64,000 bases of DNA from assembly GCA_023205875.1 (NCBI GenBank), contig CP060761.1, positions 620,001-684,000 of the forward strand. Direction: 5' to 3'. Shown here piece after piece: positions 1-8,855 of the stretch (the stretch's first letter is position 1; the number at the start of each line of letters is the position of its first letter). The position numbers were made by a program, and so were the translations under genes. This stretch comes from Chloropicon primus (taxonomy: Eukaryota). The notes beneath the pieces were generated by a model. The model worked only from the letters and a program-made list of their open reading frames with translations. It had not been told where the DNA came from and ran no database searches.

Positions 1-1367
1 ACCTCGTCGTGCTCTTGGATCTCGTCGTAGCCCCACGAAGGATCGATGGGGCTCTCCCTCAGGGTCTCGCAATTTGCCAGGCACCACGGCTCGAAACTGT
101 CGAAGCCCGACATCTCGTGGAGCGTCTTGTCCCTCAACCTCCCCTCGTCGTACTCCTTTTGAATCCTCTGAACCAGCGGCGAGTCCAGAAGGCACGACCG
201 GAGGTCCTCCTTGGTTTCCACGTCCGGATCGCACCCCGCGCTCTCCGTCGCGAATTCCTTGCAGTACAACCCAAAGTCCGTTTCGTGGCAAACGTCCACG
301 AACTTGTCAAAGGTGGACGGATACAACGAGTTGGAGCTCACCGCCCACGACCTTTCGTGATTGTACACGGCGTGGAGCGTCGCGGGAGGCAAGTAAATGA
401 AATCGCCGCCGACGAGGGTTCCCTCGTGTACCGTAACGTCCGCCAAGTCTGGAAAAGCTTCGAGGTCAGGATTCCATACTTCCAATTGCCTCGTCTCCTC
501 CTCCCCGGGCCCCTTCGAGCGGATCGTCGTGCTGGGCCTGTCTTGATCCTCGTAGAAAGACAGAGCCTGCGAGCTTCTCGTCTCGTTGTACAAGATGGTC
601 CTAAAGGTTTTCTTGCCCTCGTAGACAACCATCCAGAAAGGAATCAGCATCGAGTCCATGTGGAGCTCGCTCTTCGTTCCTGCGGGGCCGATGAAAACCT
701 CGGGCTGGCCTTGCTGCAGGTACTTGGCTTCACCGCCTTCGGTTGCGTTGTTGTAGACCTGGTCCACGGGGATGAGCGCGGACGACACGAAGCTGGGGAT
801 TTTGGCAAAGTGATCCAGCGGAGGACACAATTCGGGAATTCCGACGCCGCCCGAAGCATACCTGAGTTCCTCCTCTCCACCGCCACCAGAGAGCACGTGC
901 CTCTCAATGTATGTGGCCAGCTTCATCTTCTTTGTGTCCTCAAGGCCAGCCCAATCCGCAGCCGTCTCGCTGTACGTCGTCGTCTCGATCGTGCTTCCGC
1001 CACACAGGTCTTTCAGCCCCTGCCACCCCAGCCCGAACGCCGGGTGGCTTCGTGCTTCCCCCTCAACGATGACCACCTCGTCTCCGTGCTTGTCGAAGAA
1101 CTCCTTCACGCTGATCGAGCCCGCAGGGATCCTGGTGATTGGGACGATATGGAGCCCATCCCTCCGCTGCACCTCGCCAGGAGATCCCTCGCCGCTGTCC
1201 GTGGGGGTGTCATCACCCCTGATCAGACCCGAAAGCCTCCTCGGTGGAGGGCGGGCCCCACGATACCACCTCAAGGAACACAGTGATGCCAAGGCGAACA
1301 CCGATAGAGCAACGATGATGATGTTGATCCTCCCACCGGACCTTTGCCTCGCATACGGCACCCCCAT
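1..1367 (-). CDS. JmjC/cupin-8 Fe(II)/2-oxoglutarate oxygenase with N-terminal membrane anchor; 3' end lies outside the window
   Basis: Missing from the ORF track because there is no stop in the window. Manual translation from ATG 1367 gives MGVPYARQRSGGRINIIIVALSVFALASLC (hydrophobic anchor), then VFIGPAGTKSELHMDS..FWMVVYEGKKTF..GGDFIYLPPATLHAVYN (HxD...H JmjC triad). The frame stays open to the window edge. Confidence 0.8.
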   Translation of the reverse strand, partial: MGVPYARQRSGGRINIIIVALSVFALASLCSLRWYRGARPPPRRLSGLIRGDDTPTDSGEGSPGEVQRRDGLHIVPITRIPAGSISVKEFFDKHGDEVVIVEGEARSHPAFGLGWQGLKDLCGGSTIETTTYSETAADWAGLEDTKKMKLATYIERHVLSGGGGEEELRYASGGVGIPELCPPLDHFAKIPSFVSSALIPVDQVYNNATEGGEAKYLQQGQPEVFIGPAGTKSELHMDSMLIPFWMVVYEGKKTFRTILYNETRSSQALSFYEDQDRPSTTIRSKGPGEEETRQLEVWNPDLEAFPDLADVTVHEGTLVGGDFIYLPPATLHAVYNHERSWAVSSNSLYPSTFDKFVDVCHETDFGLYCKEFATESAGCDPDVETKEDLRSCLLDSPLVQRIQKEYDEGRLRDKTLHEMSGFDSFEPWCLANCETLRESPIDPSWGYDEIQEHDE

Positions 1368-1664
1368 GGCTTCTCCCAGATCCGATGCACCCCTAAGCAA
1401 GCATTGAGGCCATGGCAAGGAAGGATCACCATTCGCCTCACCACTTCATCGCCCTCCCACCCAGAGCTCCTTTCTCTCCTACCTCCTGGTCCACCTCCTT
1501 TGCCTGTCAAGCAAGATATTACTTGGAGCACGAGCACGCTCTGGAGTCCACCAAGGGTGAAAGGTAGCGAGAACGGTGGATCACCACTCGCCTCACCACC
1601 TCATCGCAATGAAGCCCTCCCCTCCACCGCCTCCCTCTCTCCCACCTCCTCCTGATGCCCTGCT

Positions 1665-1856
1665 GACCAGCAGCTGGAGAGACCTCCCAGGAGGCTCGAA
1701 AGATGTTCCTCAAAACGGGCCAAGCGAGGGGTCAAACGAAAGGTCTCGAGGTCTAGTTTCGCTCCACGGGGTCAGACAAGAGTTTCACGCGCTCTGTTCG
1801 CCTCTGCTTCACCCTTTGTGCTGCCAAAGATGGGATCTTGGGTTGGATCTTGCTGA
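1665..1856. repeat. Dispersed intergenic repeat A, copy 1 (inverted copy at ~13490-13680)
   Basis: ccagcagctggagagacctcccaggaggctc..cccttgtgctgccaaagatgggatcttgggttg matches the reverse complement of 13490-13680 with scattered substitutions. Confidence 0.9.
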
Positions 1857-1878
1857 ATTCTGTCCATCTGGAGCTTTG

Positions 1879-2093
1879 AAATACGACAGACGAAAGTCCA
1901 TCGAGGCCAAGGCGGTCGAGAGGGAGAGAGAGGGTAAGTTATCGATAAGATGGACGCACGAAGTGGAGAGGGGAACAAGAGAGAGGGTGATGGATGGAAA
2001 GATCATCTCGCGCTCTTTCGAAAGAGCCCTCTCTCAAAAGGAATGGCGTCCTGTGGTGGTTTTGGTGTACTGATCAAGTTTGTTTTCGGGTTT
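1879..2093. repeat. Dispersed intergenic repeat B, copy 1 (near-identical inverted copy at ~23368-23583)
   Basis: aaatacgacagacgaaagtcc..gctctttcgaaagagc..gtttgttttcgggttt matches the reverse complement of 23368-23583. The ORF-track peptides at 1809 and 23455 begin with the same sequence. Confidence 0.92.
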
Positions 2094-2119
2094 GACTATG
2101 CAGAGAGAGGAGAGGCAAG

Positions 2120-3874
2120 ATGGACGGCGGAGGCTTAGGGATGACGAACCTGATCACTCCCTACGAGGCGGAGCACAAGATTGAAGGCCTCTGCAACTTG
2201 GGGATAGAGCTCGTCGGCAGCACGAAGTACATGCAGCAAGTGAGGACTGTGGAAGAGTTGAACCTTCAAGCTCACCACAACGCCCTGAATCACTCGGATG
2301 AGTTTGTCTCTGACCTCTTGGTCACCCTGGACAAGATCCCGACCCTGATTCACGAGCTCCTGGTCATCGAGGTCTGGAAGATGAAAGTTTTGCCTCACCT
2401 GGAGGAAACTCTCACGTCCTCGTCCATGTCTGTGCCCGTTTACCTCATACTCCAGCACGAGCTTCAAGTGATAAACTTGCTCGAGTGCACGCTGTACCAC
2501 AAGCAAGCGGTGGAGTCCACTGGCGGCGATGCGATTGTGGAGCTGGTGGATTACTGCTACAGGAAGCTCGTGTACTTGAACACGGAGGCGAGGGAATACG
2601 CAGAGTCGACGAACTTGGACAAGGACCTGTCGGTCAAGGACGTGATGAACACGACGTCGGAACAGGAGCTGAAGAAGAAGATGGACGAGACCAAATTCGC
2701 GTGCTCCATGTGCAGCCTCGCCGTGCTGAGGTACCTCACCGACCACCTCGGTGGCCTGGATCCCGGCGTCATGGCGAGGCTGCTGGACACGCACGACGTT
2801 TGCATGTCTCTCATCCCCTTGCTGGAGGATCCTCCGTGGTGGAGGGTCAGCAACAGGACGAGGCAGATCGAGAGCTACGAGGACAACGCCTGGAAAGCGC
2901 TCAAGGGGGACGAAAGGCTTCGAGTGAACAAGCACGCCGCTCAGATCTGGCTGGCCCTCAACAACCTTGTCGTGGATCCGGAATGCAGGAAGAAGTACAC
3001 TTGGACGAATTACAGCATCGAGCAGGCGTCTCACTTGAAGAAGTACTTCAACGAGCTCTTGTTCGACCAGCTCCCAGTTCTGAAAGACCTGGCGAGGGTC
3101 GTGGACGAGATCATCCTTGGAGCAAGCTACCGGACCGAGGAGGTGATGAAGAGCTCGTTGATTCTCGAGCAGATTCCAGAAATCTTCGACTCCCTCGTGT
3201 CCCGAACCCGTGAGAACTTTGTGAGCATCGCCCAAAGGCAAGCCAAAGATTACTTTGATCCCGAGGACGGCGAAGCCATCAAGTCCACCAAGTCGCAGCT
3301 GGAATCGATGCTGAAGAGCTTCGAGTTCCTCGCGAACTTGGAGGACGAGACCAAGAAGCAGGGCAAGGTCGGGAACGACAAGGACAATGCGGCGGGGGAG
3401 AGTGATCACGTGAATGTGCAGATCTACAAGAACCTCAAGGAGAAGGGAGAGGAGTGGGAACAAGTGATCGACCTGTCGCTCAAGAGGAACGCCAAGAAGG
3501 ACCCCGAGGAGGTCGAGCAGCCGGCCAAGGAGCTCGGGATAACGATCAAGGGCCTGCGGTGCCGTCTCAAAGTGAGCAAGAAGAGCAAGACGGGCACGAA
3601 CCTGCCCCTGCCGAGCAAGGGGAAGATCACCGTGTCTCACAAGTCCAACACGGCGACTTCCACGTACGAGATTCCAGAGAGCGGAGCCTCAAAAGTGTTT
3701 TGGATCTCTGTGGGCAACCTCGGAGTCAACCAGTTCGCGCTGCAGCTGAAGAGCAAGCTCACCGAATCCATCAACGACGACGGCGGGGTGCCAACCTACG
3801 TCCCCGAAGGCGGGGCTCTCACTGTGCGAATGGAGGGCCAAACGAATTTTGTCGTCCCAGCCGGTGGGCAGTAG
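2120..3874 (+). CDS. ZMYND10: ZMYND10 (BLU)-like dynein assembly factor homolog lacking a recognisable MYND finger
   Basis: The N-terminal ~400 aa follow the ZMYND10 pattern (EAEHKIEGL..LNLQAHHNA..DKIPTLIHELLVIEVWK..HELQVINLLEC..LVDYCYRKL..QIWLALNNL..LFDQLPVLKDL). Intronless, 584 aa. Confidence 0.75.
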   Translation: MDGGGLGMTNLITPYEAEHKIEGLCNLGIELVGSTKYMQQVRTVEELNLQAHHNALNHSDEFVSDLLVTLDKIPTLIHELLVIEVWKMKVLPHLEETLTSSSMSVPVYLILQHELQVINLLECTLYHKQAVESTGGDAIVELVDYCYRKLVYLNTEAREYAESTNLDKDLSVKDVMNTTSEQELKKKMDETKFACSMCSLAVLRYLTDHLGGLDPGVMARLLDTHDVCMSLIPLLEDPPWWRVSNRTRQIESYEDNAWKALKGDERLRVNKHAAQIWLALNNLVVDPECRKKYTWTNYSIEQASHLKKYFNELLFDQLPVLKDLARVVDEIILGASYRTEEVMKSSLILEQIPEIFDSLVSRTRENFVSIAQRQAKDYFDPEDGEAIKSTKSQLESMLKSFEFLANLEDETKKQGKVGNDKDNAAGESDHVNVQIYKNLKEKGEEWEQVIDLSLKRNAKKDPEEVEQPAKELGITIKGLRCRLKVSKKSKTGTNLPLPSKGKITVSHKSNTATSTYEIPESGASKVFWISVGNLGVNQFALQLKSKLTESINDDGGVPTYVPEGGALTVRMEGQTNFVVPAGGQ

Positions 3875-3958
3875 GAGGTTTGCACGCCTCCCCCCGTCCC
3901 TGTACATTATGATCATAACTTTAATCCTAATCTCGCTGCGCAAAAGATTTTGCCTTTC

Positions 3959-5608
3959 TCAAGTCGGCGAGCCTTGCTGCTGGTCCAGTCCCAACTCTTT
4001 CCATTCCTGCTCCACGTCCTCCCCGCTCACTTTCCCCAAGAACTCGAATGGAGACCCTTTCTCGATGAAGGATTCCTGCGAGCTCGACAACGACGATTCC
4101 AACTGCAAGGCTTCCTCCACCACCTCGGTGGGATCTTGCATGTACTCCCACCGCTGCAAGCTCAAGCCCTTCTCCTCCGAGACGCACAACCCGAAGCTTT
4201 GCACGCCGTCCTCAGCGGCGCTGCCCTCGTTGAACTGCAGCACGAGGGGCTTGGGAAAGGAGAAAGCGTTCCACCTCGTGGATGTCAGCACGCCGTTTTT
4301 CCCCGAGCGGCACATCTCGTAGTCCGCCTCGCTCTGCTCCTTGCTTGACTTCATGCCCTGGACGCAAAAGTTGCTCCCGTCGAGGACAAAGGAACTCTTG
4401 ATGTCAAGCTCGAACCCTTCCCCGTGCACGAGGTCCCCCTCCCCCTGCCCATCCTCCTCCGGCTCCGCCGCTAATTCCCGGCCATGGCGTATATCGGCAT
4501 TCTTCACCTTCACCAAGATGATTTTGACAACCTCCTGAGACGGCTCCTTGTTCTTAAGGGCGTCCCCCGGGAACCAACTCGCGACAGGATACGCGTAGTA
4601 CTCGTCGAAACCGTCACCGTCGTCGTCATTCCTTTGTGGAAACTCCCCGTGCATCTCAGGCACCGAGTACATTTCGGTCGGCTTGTGGTACATGTAGACG
4701 TCCGCGAGGTCAAGGAAGAGCCTTCCGTCCCCTGATTCCTCCCTGCTCCTCACGAGAAAGTCGACGTCGGACGACAAGGCAAAGACTTGATGCCCGGGGA
4801 ACTTCTCCTTGTGAACCCGGACATCCTCGCCGCCTCCCCTCCACGAGTAACCCTCTGGCAAAGCGCTGTACCCTCTCAACATGTCTTCGCTGTCCGCAGG
4901 AACAGCAGGGACGTAATCCCGCGACTCGAGCTCGGCGTTCTTCTCCAAGTCAAAGTGAGTGCTGATGGACCTCATCGCCGGATCCACCGGGGCACTCACG
5001 AGCTCTGCGTCGCCAAAGAGGGGCTTCCCGAGAGGGCCGAGGCCCATGCTCCCCTCGTCAAAGCCACCGGAACCGTCGCCAAAGTTGCCCCCCGCGGTGC
5101 TCTGCACGTCGTCCCACGTCGAGAAGAACGCGTTGGCATCCCCCGAACCGCCCTGCTCCATGGCCAGGCTCTGGTTCGGCGCCGAGGCGGAAAGGAGCCT
5201 GTCGATGAGAACGGCCTTCCTGCCACTCACGGGGAGGCCGAGAGTCCTCAACCTCTCCTTCAGCTCGGACACCGTGAGCTTCTGAAACTCGGCCTCCCCC
5301 TTCTGCTCCCTCGCCTTTCCCTCTCCCTGGCCGTCCGAGGCGTCGGAAGAGGAAGCCGGCGCAAACTTCTCCTCGCCAGGGCTGCGCTTCCTCTCCTCGT
5401 CCTCAAGCTCGCGCATCAGCTTGTCGATCTCATCCCAATCGTCGCTCCCGTCCTCCTCGACCCCGGAAGCCCTCACCCCCCAGTCCCTCGCCTTCCTCCC
5501 GGGCCTCCTCCCCGCTCCAACCCTCTCCGCCAGCGCGGGCACCGGTCGAGCACCAACAGGCCCCGCAGTCCTCCACCCTCCAGCCACTCGCCTCAAGGCC
5601 CTTGCCAT
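3959..5608 (-). CDS. SAP-domain protein with probable plastid transit peptide
   Basis: LTVSELKERLRTLGLPVSGRKAVLIDRLL is a SAP motif. The Arg/Ala-rich N-terminus MARALRRVAGG..GVRAS resembles a transit peptide. First ATG at 5608. Confidence 0.75.
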   Translation of the reverse strand: MARALRRVAGGWRTAGPVGARPVPALAERVGAGRRPGRKARDWGVRASGVEEDGSDDWDEIDKLMRELEDEERKRSPGEEKFAPASSSDASDGQGEGKAREQKGEAEFQKLTVSELKERLRTLGLPVSGRKAVLIDRLLSASAPNQSLAMEQGGSGDANAFFSTWDDVQSTAGGNFGDGSGGFDEGSMGLGPLGKPLFGDAELVSAPVDPAMRSISTHFDLEKNAELESRDYVPAVPADSEDMLRGYSALPEGYSWRGGGEDVRVHKEKFPGHQVFALSSDVDFLVRSREESGDGRLFLDLADVYMYHKPTEMYSVPEMHGEFPQRNDDDGDGFDEYYAYPVASWFPGDALKNKEPSQEVVKIILVKVKNADIRHGRELAAEPEEDGQGEGDLVHGEGFELDIKSSFVLDGSNFCVQGMKSSKEQSEADYEMCRSGKNGVLTSTRWNAFSFPKPLVLQFNEGSAAEDGVQSFGLCVSEEKGLSLQRWEYMQDPTEVVEEALQLESSLSSSQESFIEKGSPFEFLGKVSGEDVEQEWKELGLDQQQGSPT

Positions 5609-5733
5609 CTCCTCGTCTCGGGTGACAATCGTGGTGACCAGCAGGAACCACCCTTCCAACGCTCCCCCTCCCTCTGCAACCTTTGCTCTCCCGGACCCTT
5701 CCTCCTCCCCTCGTGAGCCACCTCGAGCGAACG

Positions 5734-6396
5734 GGGGTCGTGTGACGCACCAATCGAAAGATCACGAGATGAAGCTTCCGCCTGGCGATCCTCTCTTTCA
5801 CTCCTTCCTCGTTCTCGTCGCTGAATTCCTCACTGATTGCGCTTGACTCCTCCCCTTCCCTCGCCAGGAATCAGCCAATCTCGTTCACAAGGCGAGTCAA
5901 TCCTTTGCCGATGCCGTCGACCAAGGTATCAATGGAAAGATCTCAAGAAGCACTTTCGTGTGGTGCCCTCGCCTTGCGCTTCCTCTCTCGTCCTCGTCGT
6001 CAACTCTCGTCACAAAAGTGTCGTTTCTCGTTTCGCCGCCGTGGGCTCCAAACTGGATAAGAAAAAGCGTCAAGCCAGAGCCTATCAATCAGAGGTTTGG
6101 GAGGAGTGGACCGCAATCAGCGAGGAGTTTCGCAACGAGGACGACCGAGGAAGCGCAAGGCGAGTTGATCATACGAAAGTGCTTCTTGAGATCTTTCCAT
6201 TGATACCTTGGTCGACGGCATCGGCAAAGGATTGACCCGCCGTGTGAACGATTGGCTGATTCCTGACGAGGGAAGGGGAGGACTCAAGCGCAAGCAGCGA
6301 GGCATTTGACGACGAGGACGGGGGAGGAGTGAAGAGCAAGGTCGCCAGGCAGAATCATCGTCTCGCGATCTTTCGATTGGTGCGTGACACGACCCC
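5734..6396. repeat. Long imperfect inverted repeat (foldback/MITE-like element), copy 1
   Basis: Left arm ~5734-5995 (ggggtcgtgtgacgcaccaatcgaaagatc..tttgccgatgccgtcgaccaaggtatcaatggaaagatctcaagaagcactttcgt) is mirrored by the right arm ~6140-6396. No TSD or transposase was seen. Confidence 0.88.
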
Positions 6397-6474
6397 ATTG
6401 GACGGACGGAGTTGTGAAGGGAAGGTCTGAAGGACAATTGCAGGAGGAAGCAGAGCTCGAGGGATTGGTTGACG

Positions 6475-7530
6475 ATGGGAGGAGAGAGTAGAAGTGAGTA
6501 CGTGTTCAAGGGGGAGGGGGAGGAAATTAGCCTGGATGATGTGTACGCCGCGAGGGAGATCGTGTCCAAGCACGCGAAGCGGACTCCGGTGTTCACCAAC
6601 GAGACGATAAGCTCTCTGGCGGAGAGGGAACTGTCCTTCAAGATGGAAGTGTTTCAGAAGACTGGAAGCTTCAAGATCCGCGGGGCGCTGAATGCGATCT
6701 TCTCCCTCTCGGACGAGGAGGCTGCGAACGGCGTGGTGACTCACTCGAGCGGGAACCACGCCCAGGCCACGGCCCTCGCCGCAAAGCTGAGAGGCATACC
6801 GGCGTACATCGTGGTGCCCGAGAACGCTCCCAAGGTGAAGGTTAAGGCGATTAGGGGGTACGGTGGGCAGATAACCTTCTGCGGTCTCACGATGCAGGAC
6901 AGGGAGGATGCCTGCAACAAGATCCAGAGCGAGAAGGGGTGCACCTTCGTGGCGCCTTTCAACCAGAAGGAGACCATCTGCGGTCAGGCCACGATCGGTC
7001 TGGAGCTCATGGAGCAAACGGACTGCGGGCTCGATGCCATCGTTGTCCCGATCTCTGGAGGGGGGATGACCTCTGGAATCGCCATCGCGGCCAAGTCCCT
7101 CAACCCGAACATAAAAATCATTGCCGCCGAGCCCAGGGGGGTGAACGATGCCGCCGATGTGCACAAGAGCAAGTGTGCTGGAGAACTTCAGGTGGACGCG
7201 GCCAAGCCCAAGACGCTCGCCGATGGCTTGCAGGCGAAGATGGGCAACCTGACGTGGGCAGTGGTCAAGGAGCTCGTCGATGACGTCATCGTGGTCTCCG
7301 AGGAGGAGATCGTGCAAGCCATGCAGCTGATTTACGAGAGGATGAAAGTTGTCGTCGAACCCTCCGCTGCGGTGGGCGTGGCCGCGACCCTGTCCGAGGA
7401 AATGAGACAAAAGTTCGACAAGAGCGAATACAGAAACGTTGGCGTCATCCTTTGCGGCGGGAACGCGGACTTCTCCGCCGTCGGCTTCTGGGACGCGTGG
7501 ACCAAGCGCTGGAAGTCATTCGCTTCGTGA
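6475..7530 (+). CDS. SRR: Serine racemase / serine-threonine dehydratase (PLP fold type II)
   Basis: FKMEVFQKTGSFKIRGA (PLP lysine), HSSGNHAQA, VPISGGGM, TLADGL, VVEPSAAVG and CGGN motifs. No ACT domain. ATG at 6475. Confidence 0.88.
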   Translation: MGGESRSEYVFKGEGEEISLDDVYAAREIVSKHAKRTPVFTNETISSLAERELSFKMEVFQKTGSFKIRGALNAIFSLSDEEAANGVVTHSSGNHAQATALAAKLRGIPAYIVVPENAPKVKVKAIRGYGGQITFCGLTMQDREDACNKIQSEKGCTFVAPFNQKETICGQATIGLELMEQTDCGLDAIVVPISGGGMTSGIAIAAKSLNPNIKIIAAEPRGVNDAADVHKSKCAGELQVDAAKPKTLADGLQAKMGNLTWAVVKELVDDVIVVSEEEIVQAMQLIYERMKVVVEPSAAVGVAATLSEEMRQKFDKSEYRNVGVILCGGNADFSAVGFWDAWTKRWKSFAS

Positions 7531-7544
7531 ATACATAACTTGGG

Positions 7545-7955
7545 TTACGAAACTTGGTGTTGCTCCATATATTTATCCGTGATTGATTTGCAGATCAAGT
7601 TCGTTAGAACGTCCAACTCCTCCTGGGGAAAGGAAGTCTTCACGTTCCAGCTGCTCACGACAGGTATCCCTAGCTTCTTGCAGAGCCTCATCGATATCTT
7701 TTCACCCAAAGCGTTGAACCTGTTCCCAAAGAGAGTCGTGACGCTCTCGGAACCCCCGCCGGCGCGGCCGCCTTTGGATCCAATCGCAAAATGCATGCTC
7801 TCCAGCAGGGGGTTGGCCTTGTCCCCGATCCAGACGAACATCTGGTGCTCCAGCAAGAGCATCGATACGCTTGCTCTCGCCGTCCCTAGCTCCTCCGGCA
7901 GAGCCACCACGAACTCCACACTCCTGATGCCCTCCCTCCCTTCCCCTTCCTGCAT
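7545..7955 (-). CDS. Proteasome assembly chaperone 4 (PSMG4/PAC4)-like small protein
   Basis: 136 aa from ATG 7955. QMFVWIG..MHFAI..SVTTLFG..ISMRLCKKLGIPVVSSWNV resembles the PAC4 pattern. Confidence 0.6.
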   Translation of the reverse strand: MQEGEGREGIRSVEFVVALPEELGTARASVSMLLLEHQMFVWIGDKANPLLESMHFAIGSKGGRAGGGSESVTTLFGNRFNALGEKISMRLCKKLGIPVVSSWNVKTSFPQEELDVLTNLICKSITDKYMEQHQVS

Positions 7956-8161
7956 TGCGTCCAGTCGGTCGACCAGCGGATCAATCCAAAGCTCTCGAGA
8001 AGACGTTTTGCGATGTGATGCACCTGAAGCCCCTACCCCCTCGCCCTCCCCGCCAACTTCCTTCCTCAGCCTTATCCTGTTCTGTTCCTCTCCCTCCACC
8101 AGTCACTGCACCAAAGTCTCCTCGATCTCGAGCACACCTCGGGTCGATCCGGTGCAGCCAA

Positions 8162-8821
8162 GGCACCAATCGAAAGCTCACGAGATGAAGATTCTGATTG
8201 ACGACCTTGCTCTTCGCCCCTCTCTCGTCCTCGTCGCTGAATTCCTCGCTGATTCCGCTGCACTCCTCCCCTTCCCTCGTCAGGAATCAACCAATCGTTC
8301 ACACGGCGGGTCACTCCTTTGCCGATGCCGTCGACCAAGGTATCAATGGAAAGATCTCGAGGCGCACTTTCGTATGATCAACTCGCCTTGCGCTTCTTCG
8401 GTCGTCCTCGTTGCGAAACTCCTCGCTGATTGCGGTCCACTCCTCCCAACCCGTGATCTCCTCCGAGGGACCCATTCTGGAGAGACCAGGACGAGAGGCG
8501 ATGGGAACAACAGGAACATCGCACCTTTGTCGAGGACAGTGGCGACGTCAGAGGAGAGGAAAGCGCAAGGCGAGGGCACCACACGAAAGTGCGCCTTGAG
8601 ATCTTTCCATTGATACCTTGGTCGACGGCATCGGCAAAGGAGTGACCCGCCGGAACGAGATTGGCTGATTCCTGACGAGGGAAGGGGAGGAGTGCAGCGC
8701 AATCAGCGAGGAATTCAGCGACGAGGACGGGGGAGGAGTGAAAGAGAGGATCGCCAGGCGGAAGCTTCATCTCACGGTCTTTCCATTGGTACCTTGGTCG
8801 AAGGCATCGTCAAAGGATTGA
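8162..8821. repeat. Foldback/MITE-like element, copy 2 (inverted relative to copy 1)
   Basis: Same arms as 5734-6396. The inner block tatgatcaactcgccttgcgc..ctcctcgctgattgcggtccactcctccca (8373-8448) is the reverse complement of ~6098-6173. Confidence 0.88.
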
Positions 8822-8855
8822 GTCGGATCGAGTCGAACAGCTTGTTGTTGTTGGG

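Noticed and set aside
9..1286. 425-aa plus-strand ORF
   Set aside because: Antisense shadow of the minus-strand JmjC gene, with no motifs of its own.
2135..3640. 501-aa minus-strand ORF
   Set aside because: Antisense shadow of the ZMYND10-like gene, caused by GC3-biased codon use.
5734..8821. Short ORFs within the foldback elements as a transposase
   Set aside because: No DDE, HUH or recombinase motifs. The peptides recur only because the DNA is repeated.
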